From an uncultured Spirochaetota bacterium (lineage in GTDB: Bacteria > Spirochaetota > Spirochaetia > SZUA-6 > Fen-1364), in contig CAVUXE010000053.1 of NCBI GenBank assembly GCA_963745235.1, forward strand, positions 192,001-256,000: 64,000 nucleotides of DNA, written 5' to 3'. Numbering within the stretch: the first letter of the stretch is position 1; each line of letters opens with the position of its first letter. The translations under genes and the position numbers were made by a program. Shown piece after piece: positions 47,002 through 54,474 of the stretch. Below the pieces are notes generated by a model. It saw only the letters and a program-made list of their open reading frames with translations. It made no database searches and had not been told where the DNA came from.

Positions 47002-47382
47002 TTACAGCGCGGGGTTCAGATCGGTGACGGAGTCTCCGTCCAGCTCCTCGTGGTAGAAGTCGCGGATGAGGGTGCGGACCACGGCGAGACCTTCCGGGCT
47101 GATGGACTGGATCAGAAATCCCATGCTGTAGAAATCCCCGCTCGCGTCCTTTCGGCACCACTTGCTCACCGCCGTGAACGCCAGGTGTCCGTCCTTCATG
47201 ACGTTGCGCGGAAGATCCATGCGCAGGGAGAGCTCCCTCTTCGGCTTCACAGCCTTTTCCCCGATCAGCATCATTCCTTCCGGCGTGATGTCTGTCATGT
47301 GCCCGAGCAACCGGCCCGTAGCCGCATTGAACACACGCAGCCGATAGATGAGGTGGGTCCGTTCCTCTCTCATGGGTCTCAT
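47002..47382 (-). CDS. Stand-alone PilZ-domain protein
   Basis: REERTHLIYRLRVF, GHMTDITPEG, WCR, YSMGF; ATGA overlap with the phosphatase stop. Confidence 0.78.
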   Translation of the reverse strand: MRPMREERTHLIYRLRVFNAATGRLLGHMTDITPEGMMLIGEKAVKPKRELSLRMDLPRNVMKDGHLAFTAVSKWCRKDASGDFYSMGFLIQSISPEGLAVVRTLIRDFYHEELDGDSVTDLNPAL

Positions 47383-48818
47383 GCGCCGCCTCCGCCGCGC
47401 GTCGTCTTCCTGCCGCTGGTCCGGGGGATCTTCTTGAGGAGGATTATTGTCATGTCGTCCTCCTGGTCTGCCTGGAAAGCTCGTACATCGTCGAGGATCC
47501 CTTCAAGGGCTTTCTCCACCGGCAGGTCCGCGCAGCGCGCGAACACCTCCTGGAGGCGTTCCTGGCCGTACATCTCTCCCGCGCTGTTCGTGCCTTCAGT
47601 TACCCCGTCCGTGAAGAAGAGGGCAACGTCGTTGTCCGCGATCTCTATTCTCTTGACCTCCATGACGGTTTCGATCTGGTCCGCGATGCCGAGCCATGTC
47701 CCCCGGGTCGGGACGGACGTCACGGAACCCAGGGCGGAGCGATAGACAAGGACGTCCTGGTGGTGCCCGGCGACGATCATGCAATCGTCCTCCAGCTTGA
47801 TCACCATCATCGTCATGTAGTGGTTCGCGCCAAGCCGCCCGATGTCCTCCTTGATGACCCTGTTGGTGGTGGACAGGACGTCGAGGGGCTGCGCGGAGGG
47901 GTTGCCCTGGATCACGGTCATGATGCTCGCCTGCGCCATCATCATGATCAGGCCGGAGTCCACGCCATGCCCTGCCACGTCGCCGATTGCCACCCACCTG
48001 TCCCCCGAGTCCGTCTCAATGATGTCGTAATAGTCCCCGCCAACTTCCTTTGCCGGCAGCATGGTGACCGCGCTTTCGAAGCCCCTGATGGCGCCTTTCC
48101 TCTGGGGAAGGAGGGCGGTCTGGATCCTCTTGGCAAGCTCCATCTCCCCCCAGAGGGCGTCACGCGCTTTTTTCAGCTTCACCAGGAGAGAAAACTCCTT
48201 CTCAATGAGGTTGTGGCGGACGTGGGTGATGCTCACGGCCAGGATGATGGTGGAAATGAGAAAGAAGAGGTTGTTTGTCAGCCTTGCCTGGTCGAAGGGG
48301 TGCGGGACAATCAGGTTGAACGCGATATACATGGCCAGGATGGCAAGGGCATTTGCCGCGGTATGCGGTGCGCGCCACGGCATCAGGAGGTTGACGCCGA
48401 TGACCACGAGGGTGAGCCCCGCGTAGTACGTGGAATTGAACCCGCCGAGGTCCACCGTCATGAGGGCGATGATCGCGCCGACCTGCAGGGAAATGAAATA
48501 TCCGTGGAGGTAGGACCAGCGGCTCGGGGGTGTGTTTCGCACAATAAGGAACTGGGCCAGGGCGAGCACGGTGGAAGTGAGCCGGTAGACCGCGAAGCGG
48601 GGAAGCAACCCCGCGGGCATCATGAAATAGTCAAGGACAAAGAAGAGAGGCACCAGGACGATGGCCAGCGCGGTGAGCGTGCGAAGCCAGTCGTGGATGA
48701 TCCCGATCCTGTAAGCGGCGAAATCGTCCGCATCGATTGCGCGTGCGGTCCAGGCCTCCAGCTGGTCCCGTGTCCGGCCGGAGGGCGCCGCGGCGGTCAT
48801 GGTGTCAGCTCTGGGCAT
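47379..48818 (-). CDS. Membrane sensor PP2C/SpoIIE Ser/Thr phosphatase (SiaA/RsbU-like) with multi-TM input domain
   Basis: About 5-6 TM helices with GGFNSTYYAGL; EMELAKRIQTALLP; GGDYYD; IGDVAGHG; FTDGVTE; DDMT. Confidence 0.88.
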   Translation of the reverse strand: MPRADTMTAAAPSGRTRDQLEAWTARAIDADDFAAYRIGIIHDWLRTLTALAIVLVPLFFVLDYFMMPAGLLPRFAVYRLTSTVLALAQFLIVRNTPPSRWSYLHGYFISLQVGAIIALMTVDLGGFNSTYYAGLTLVVIGVNLLMPWRAPHTAANALAILAMYIAFNLIVPHPFDQARLTNNLFFLISTIILAVSITHVRHNLIEKEFSLLVKLKKARDALWGEMELAKRIQTALLPQRKGAIRGFESAVTMLPAKEVGGDYYDIIETDSGDRWVAIGDVAGHGVDSGLIMMMAQASIMTVIQGNPSAQPLDVLSTTNRVIKEDIGRLGANHYMTMMVIKLEDDCMIVAGHHQDVLVYRSALGSVTSVPTRGTWLGIADQIETVMEVKRIEIADNDVALFFTDGVTEGTNSAGEMYGQERLQEVFARCADLPVEKALEGILDDVRAFQADQEDDMTIILLKKIPRTSGRKTTRGGGGA

Positions 48819-50199
48819 CGGGGGCCTTCCTCACGTGCAGCAGCATCTGAATCCGGGTGGCGTCGAACTTCACCGATACGTCGGCCCCCGGAAGGCCGTC
48901 CACCAGGCGCATGAAGTCATCCTCTGTGCGATAGATGATTTTCCAGTCGTGCCAGTACTCCATGTAGAAGCGGCTGGGATTCACCACGGAGAAGTTGCCG
49001 ACTGCCATCTCGCCGCCCGGGGTGAGCAGCTGGTAGAGCTTCTTGAGGACGGCAGCGGCAACCGGGGCCGTCAGGTAATCGAACAGGCCCATGGAGTAGA
49101 TGAAATGGAACTGGCCCCATCGCTCCTGGAGCGCCCGGGCGACCAGCATGGTCCGCACCGACTCCCGAATGAAATCCGCCGAGATCTCCGTGTCCAGGGA
49201 GCGTTCGATCTCGCTCACCAGGCCCGCTGCTTCCAGGAGCGCCTGCTGGTCCTGGTCGAAGAAGGAGAAGTGCATGCGGGCGCAGTCCTCAGGGGTCCGC
49301 AGGATGTCCCGCACCTCGAAGGCGGGCCCGCACGCCACGGAGAGGATCCGCAGCTTCTGCGACTCCGGCAGGCAGAACTGTCCCGTGAAGTGATGGAGCA
49401 TGGCGGCCACCTCCACACGCCTGTTGCGCACGGCATAGGCCGCCCGCTGATCCACGGAGAACTTGTGCATGACCTTGCCGAAGGTCGAGTCCCCCTGGTA
49501 GTCGTCCAGGTAGATCATGCGCATCATCTCCGAGTCTCCGTTGTAGCCTCGCGGCTTGAGGTTCGTGCGCGCCATGATGGGGGCGCGGAGCAGGATGTTC
49601 CACAACTGACGCCGGAAATAGAACCCGTGGTGCTCGTGCTCCTTCTCGCTGAATCCGCTCACGACCCGGTCCAGGAGCACGTTCTGTCTCTCCATGTAGT
49701 CCCGGAGGTCATTTCCCACGTTTCGGATGATGCTCCGCTGGATGACCTCCCGCACCTCGGGCGGCTCGTTCAGGCAGTCCGTGTCCATCTGGTCGAGCGC
49801 GTTCAGGTAGACGTTCAAGTCGTAGGTCAGGTCCGAGACGTAATTTCGAAACGCCGGGTCGATGCTGTTCTTGTAGCCGAAGATGAGGGAAAGGTTGACG
49901 GCCGCGGTTTCCAGCGTTTCGATCTTTGCGTGGAAGAAAAGCTTCTCGAAATCGTGCGTCCGGCCAACCGCCACAAGCCTTCGGGCGCGCTCGCCTTCGC
50001 GGCCCGCAAGAATGTGGCAGGGCCCGATCTGGATGAGCTTGTCATTGACTGAAATCTCGAGGTTCTCAATCTCTGGTCCGAGCTGTTCCCCGTCTCCCTC
50101 CACCCAGATGGAGTAGCGGGAGGCATACGCCGCCTGTACGATGACCCTTTTTTTCCCCGACGTCAGCCAGCCCTGCAGGACGGGGGATTGCGGCGCCAT
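48805..50199 (-). CDS. Class I SAM-dependent methyltransferase, PhcB-like (putative fatty-acid methyl-ester signal synthase)
   Basis: 464 aa; KPRGYNGDSEMM, AVRNR, ILSVACGPA, FDQD, IYSMGLFDYL, LTPGG..VGNF, MEYWHDW. The methyltransferase fold is secure; the PhcB relationship is from recall. Confidence 0.72.
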   Translation of the reverse strand: MAPQSPVLQGWLTSGKKRVIVQAAYASRYSIWVEGDGEQLGPEIENLEISVNDKLIQIGPCHILAGREGERARRLVAVGRTHDFEKLFFHAKIETLETAAVNLSLIFGYKNSIDPAFRNYVSDLTYDLNVYLNALDQMDTDCLNEPPEVREVIQRSIIRNVGNDLRDYMERQNVLLDRVVSGFSEKEHEHHGFYFRRQLWNILLRAPIMARTNLKPRGYNGDSEMMRMIYLDDYQGDSTFGKVMHKFSVDQRAAYAVRNRRVEVAAMLHHFTGQFCLPESQKLRILSVACGPAFEVRDILRTPEDCARMHFSFFDQDQQALLEAAGLVSEIERSLDTEISADFIRESVRTMLVARALQERWGQFHFIYSMGLFDYLTAPVAAAVLKKLYQLLTPGGEMAVGNFSVVNPSRFYMEYWHDWKIIYRTEDDFMRLVDGLPGADVSVKFDATRIQMLLHVRKAPDAQS

Positions 50200-50205
50200 A
50201 GCCGA

Positions 50206-50580
50206 TCAGTCCGTGCCCTCGATGACAATTCTGCCATCAGGCGTCTGGAAGATGACCAGGGCGGAAAAAGAGATATCCTGCCACTTCAACGACTTCTTGT
50301 ATGCCACGGTGATCTGCCCCTCCCCGACGCGCGCCCTTTCCAGGATCTTGATCACCGGGGTCAGGGTGGAGGAGTTCATGTACGAGAGGTCACGGAAGTT
50401 CATCACGATGCGCTTCTTGGCCGGGATGGCCTCCCCGAGCGTCCGCAGGAGGATAGGCATGACGAAATCATTGGGATCACGCAGGATGCTCTTGCCGAGA
50501 AAATGGACCGTAATGGTCCGCTCCTCGTCCGCGATGTCTATGGTCAACTGGTTATTCGTGAAAGTCTGCACTTTCGCCAT
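50206..50580 (-). CDS. SiaC/DUF1987-like STAS-type phosphoacceptor protein
   Basis: GKS...P..F..P, FRDLSYMNSST (compare SiaC YLNTSS); strong RBS. Confidence 0.72.
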   Translation of the reverse strand: MAKVQTFTNNQLTIDIADEERTITVHFLGKSILRDPNDFVMPILLRTLGEAIPAKKRIVMNFRDLSYMNSSTLTPVIKILERARVGEGQITVAYKKSLKWQDISFSALVIFQTPDGRIVIEGTD

Positions 50581-50598
50581 GTCGTTCCTCCCCCGTGC

Positions 50599-51090
50599 TC
50601 ATTCCAGGTTTGAGACCGCCGAAACGCTGAGCGTGTCGTTCTCATCGAGATAGAAGTCCAGTATCGCCCGCCCCTCGTACGTGATGCGGACCAGGCCGAG
50701 ACCGCTCTTGTCCCCTTCCAGGGGCTCTCGGGAAATTGCCTTCATCCGCGCGATGTATGCTTCGAACGGCGCCTGGAACCCGCGGACCCACTGGATGGTG
50801 CGATCCAGCTCGCTCAAGTACGTGCGGCTGTAGGTGCCGATCGGGTTCGAGACGAGGACGGAGAACGTGACGCCGGAAATCCACACCCGCACCATCACGG
50901 CATCCGTTTCGTTGGTGAAGTGCCCGTACTTGATCCCGTTCTCCACGAGCTCGCACACCACCATCGTATACTTGTCCACGCCCTCCGGGGGCAGCCCGCA
51001 GCTGCGGAGGAATTCGCCCACCGCCTGGTTGACTCTCCCGACTTCTCCCCAGTCGGAGGCCACGCGAAGCTCGAGCTCCTGGCTGTTCAT
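50599..51090 (-). CDS. GHKL-type Ser/Thr kinase (RsbW/SiaB-like)
   Basis: VVCELVENGIKYG N-box, SGLGLVRI G-box, no His-box. Confidence 0.82.
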   Translation of the reverse strand: MNSQELELRVASDWGEVGRVNQAVGEFLRSCGLPPEGVDKYTMVVCELVENGIKYGHFTNETDAVMVRVWISGVTFSVLVSNPIGTYSRTYLSELDRTIQWVRGFQAPFEAYIARMKAISREPLEGDKSGLGLVRITYEGRAILDFYLDENDTLSVSAVSNLE

Positions 51091-51404
51091 CCGTTCCCCG
51101 CCCCGTGCATGGGTGGCCAAATCTCTCCCTTCATGAGTTGAAAAAACCCGCTCGAATGTTCGCAGACAATTCTCAAGCGACGCGCGCTGCCCGTGCCGTC
51201 TTCGCGCATTGTCACGTGAAAGATATTCAGACGGCGACCGCAAGGCAAAACATTCCTGATCACCGGCCATCGGTCTCGGGTTGATCGGCTGGGACGTCCC
51301 GCACCTCGCCCCTGAGGGCGTGTACGCCACGCTTCTCCGCGGTGGCGGACTTGCGGCGTCCGACGGAAAAGAGGTATGCTTCCTGCGAAAGAGTTGACCG
51401 CACA

Positions 51405-51740
51405 ATGACGAAACGTATCGAACAACTGATGAGAAGGGCGGAAGGAGCCCTCGGGCGTGCCTTCGAGCAGCTCGATGCTGCCGGTACCATAGCGAAGAAG
51501 TTGGACGCGGAGGCCGCGAAGCTTGGCGGGGAACACACCTTCGTCGAGCTCATGATCATACGCGAAGTCATAGACCGCGTGGGCAGAATTTGCAATGCGG
51601 CTTTCATTGCGGATGCCCGGGCCGCCGGGCCGCTGCCCTTCCCTCCTCGAGACCGGACTGCAGGAATGATGCCCGCCGTCACCCCGCGGCGCGCACGGCG
51701 GAAGACCGGCCGGCCCGGAAGCAAGAGAAAAAGGCCGTGA
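51405..51740 (+). CDS. Hypothetical helical protein with basic tail
   Basis: Plausible codon usage; GTGA overlap with the next gene. Confidence 0.5.
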   Translation: MTKRIEQLMRRAEGALGRAFEQLDAAGTIAKKLDAEAAKLGGEHTFVELMIIREVIDRVGRICNAAFIADARAAGPLPFPPRDRTAGMMPAVTPRRARRKTGRPGSKRKRP

Positions 51741-52999
51741 ATAAGGGCGCCCCTCGCATGATTCTCGCCGCGGTCGCCCTCCTTTCCCTTTTTGGCTGCG
51801 CTTCCGCACCGGACAATTTTCTCCTCACGAAGCTCGACGGGCAGGCCAAGGCACGAGCCCTCGTTGACGAGGGGATTCAGCAGTACCGCGTCCAGCTCCT
51901 CGGGAGAGGAGACCTGGGCAAGGTGGGGTCCGTGCGGGAGTATTTCACCATGGCCCTCCGCTTCGACCCGCAGAGCCTCCTCGCGGCGAGATACCGTGAC
52001 CTGGTGGACAATTTCCGCGCTGCCCAGTTTTCCCACGCGCTGAAAGCGGCGCAGACCGTCTACGCCGTCCAGAGACGGCGGGAGGATGAGGACTACGCCA
52101 TGGTGCTGGAGATACAGACGGCGCGTCGGCTCGACCCGGCGAACGCCGCGGCTGCCCGGCTGGCGGGGGACACGGAGTCAATACGCCAGAGACTGATTGC
52201 GCAGTACCTCTCGAAGGCCTGGACGTCCCTTGGCAAAGCCGCGCAGGCCCCCTCCGCGGCGGACCGTGAAAGCTGGGACATCGATGCATACCAGTCCTTT
52301 GACAAGGTCCTCCAGATTGATCCGCAGAACGGGACAGCCACTGGCCAGATGGAGTCCATCAGGAACGCCCTGGACAAGGCTGCCGCCGCGCGCGTCGAGC
52401 AGGTGAACAAGCTGATTGCCGCCGGCCAGTTCGAGAACGCGGGTGACCAGATTGCGCTGCTGGCCGCCACGAGCCGAAAGGTGGGCGGGGCCCTGGACGC
52501 GCGGGTCGCGGGTGCGCGGTATTCACTCGATTACCAGTGGGCGCGCAGCCTGTGGGCGCGCAAGTCCTACGTGATGGCGGAGGACAAGGTCAACGACGCG
52601 CTCAGGATCTTCCCGACAGACGAGGCCCTGGCCCTGAAAAGGAAGATTGCGGATCTTGCGTCCCAGATGGAGCAGCAGGCTTCGTTCGATTCGTCTCTCG
52701 AACAGATCGACAGCCTCATTCAGCAGGGGGACCTGGCCGCCGCGGCGGGCAGGATCGAGTCCCTCGCCAGGCGAACGGATGACCAGGCCAAGCTGGACCA
52801 GCTGGATGTTCGCCGGCAGAAAGTGCGCTCGTACCTGCCGCAGATGTATGCTGCCGCCGTCAACGACTACAGAAACGAGAGCTTCAAGGACGCAATCGAG
52901 CTGTTACGAACCATCGTCCAGATCGACGTTGACTACGAGCAGGCGGCTGACTATCTGGATAAGGCAAACGCCAAAGAGAAGCTCGTGGAGCAGTACTGA
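51737..52999 (+). CDS. TPR-like helical-repeat lipoprotein
   Basis: Lipobox LFGC; ALRFDP, VLQIDPQN, ALRIFP, IVQIDVDY helical repeats (alternative start ATG 51758). Confidence 0.78.
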   Translation: MNKGAPRMILAAVALLSLFGCASAPDNFLLTKLDGQAKARALVDEGIQQYRVQLLGRGDLGKVGSVREYFTMALRFDPQSLLAARYRDLVDNFRAAQFSHALKAAQTVYAVQRRREDEDYAMVLEIQTARRLDPANAAAARLAGDTESIRQRLIAQYLSKAWTSLGKAAQAPSAADRESWDIDAYQSFDKVLQIDPQNGTATGQMESIRNALDKAAAARVEQVNKLIAAGQFENAGDQIALLAATSRKVGGALDARVAGARYSLDYQWARSLWARKSYVMAEDKVNDALRIFPTDEALALKRKIADLASQMEQQASFDSSLEQIDSLIQQGDLAAAAGRIESLARRTDDQAKLDQLDVRRQKVRSYLPQMYAAAVNDYRNESFKDAIELLRTIVQIDVDYEQAADYLDKANAKEKLVEQY

Positions 53000-53010
53000 A
53001 GGCCAGCCAT

Positions 53011-53079
53011 GGGCGGCCTTTCGGCCATCCCTGGCCTCGGCCGCCCTCAGCCATCCCTCCCACGGTATACCGTGGGAGG
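53011..53079. repeat. REP-like nested hairpin plus perfect 24-bp palindrome between convergent genes
   Basis: gggcggcc..ggcca-tccc-tggcc..ggccgccc (53011-53046); cctcccacggta|taccgtgggagg (53056-53079). Confidence 0.65.
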
Positions 53080-54312
53080 CTAGGCCCACTTCTCGCGGAT
53101 GGCGCGGATGATGTCGTAGATTTCAAAGAAAAGGGAAACCAGCTCAGGGTCGAACTGCCTGCCTGATTGTTCCTTTATATAGAAGAGGACGCGGTCCTCC
53201 TCCCAGGCGTCCTTGTACGCCCGCTTGCAGATCAGGGCGTCGTAAACGTCCGCGAGCGTGACGATCCTGGCGGACAGCGGAATGCTCGTTCCCTTCTTTC
53301 CCGGGCCGAACTTCAGCGCCTTATCGTGGATGTCCTTCAGGACGCCGGGGTATCCCGTGCCGTCCCACCGCTCATGGTGATTCAGCGCCACCTCGTACGC
53401 CAGCGTGTCCCACTCCGAGGTGGGGTTGTCGAAGAACTGCGCGCCGTACACGGTGTGGAACTTGACCGCCTCGTACTCCTCCCGCGTGAGGTCCTGCCTC
53501 TTTTTCAGGATGGCGTCCGAGACGCCGACCTTCCCGATGTCGTGGAGCATCGAGGATATCTTCAGGATGTCCTTGAAGTTGCTCACTTCTTCCCGGGGGA
53601 CCGCGTGCTTTTCCGCCCATTTCTGGTACAGCTCCACCGCGTAGGAGCCGACGCGGCTGACATGGGGCTGCGTCTCTTCCGGGTCCCGCAGCTCGGTGGT
53701 GCGGACCATCTTGAAGACGACGTCGCGCAGGAGCAGCGCCCGTTCGATGGCAATCCCCGCGTAGAAGGCGAACTGCGTGATATAGAACTTCTGGTCCTCC
53801 GTGAACGGGACCGGGGAGCCGGCGGCGCCGCGGCGGTTGATCAGCTCCAGCACTCCCACCATGTCGTTCTTGCTTGTTCGGATGGGGACAATGAGCATGG
53901 AAACGGTGCGATAGGAGGATATCTGGTCGAAGTAGGGGTTGAACGAGAACGGGTATGTCGTGTCGATCGCGTACGCGTCGTCAATGAGAAGGGGTTTCCC
54001 CGTGAACGCCACGTAACCGGCGATGGACCGTTCGTCGATGTCGATCTCGTTGTTCGTGTAGATGTACTTGTTGGACAGGAAGTCGCTCTTGAACAGCGAG
54101 TCGTTCTGCACGTAGCTGAACAGGAGCTTCTTCCCGCCCACCAGGAAGATGGAGCCGGCGTCGGCTCCCGTGAGAGCGCGGGTCTCATACAGCAGGCTGT
54201 CCAGGAGCGTGTTCAGATCCCGGATGTGGTGGAGCTTCTCCTGTTTCTCAAGGATCGTGTTCAACAGCGAAGGATCATCTCTGCGCCTGCCCACGCCTGC
54301 CTCCTCTTTCAT
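53080..54312 (-). CDS. GAF + HD-GYP cyclic-dinucleotide phosphodiesterase
   Basis: GAF (ADAGSIF, SIAGYVA, GVLELIN), RDPEET..HV.RV, LHDIGK, HHERWDGTGYP, ADVYDAL, QFDP. Confidence 0.92.
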   Translation of the reverse strand: MKEEAGVGRRRDDPSLLNTILEKQEKLHHIRDLNTLLDSLLYETRALTGADAGSIFLVGGKKLLFSYVQNDSLFKSDFLSNKYIYTNNEIDIDERSIAGYVAFTGKPLLIDDAYAIDTTYPFSFNPYFDQISSYRTVSMLIVPIRTSKNDMVGVLELINRRGAAGSPVPFTEDQKFYITQFAFYAGIAIERALLLRDVVFKMVRTTELRDPEETQPHVSRVGSYAVELYQKWAEKHAVPREEVSNFKDILKISSMLHDIGKVGVSDAILKKRQDLTREEYEAVKFHTVYGAQFFDNPTSEWDTLAYEVALNHHERWDGTGYPGVLKDIHDKALKFGPGKKGTSIPLSARIVTLADVYDALICKRAYKDAWEEDRVLFYIKEQSGRQFDPELVSLFFEIYDIIRAIREKWA

Positions 54313-54474
54313 CACCCGAGTATAGGAGGTTCCCGGCAACGAAGCTATCCCCGCCGCAACGACGCGTCAAAGAGTGCATGGTCCTGGTGTACGATATTCG
54401 ACTATCGCCTGTCAAAAAAAACCTACACTGGGTCGTGTTCTCCACCCGCGGCGGGAGCGATATCTTACAACGCA

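Noticed and set aside
51091-51404. Possible c-di-GMP riboswitch upstream of the partner-switch operon (ggcaaaa, gggacg words)
   Set aside because: The GGCAAAC...GAAA...GACGCAAAG arrangement and its stems are absent on both strands; probably divergent promoters. The ORF extension to 51405 is also unsupported.
53167-54474. N-terminal 436 aa of the 914-aa ORF, suggesting a giant HtrA fusion
   Set aside because: Antisense to the HD-GYP gene; the protease begins at ATG 54475 with its own lipoprotein signal.
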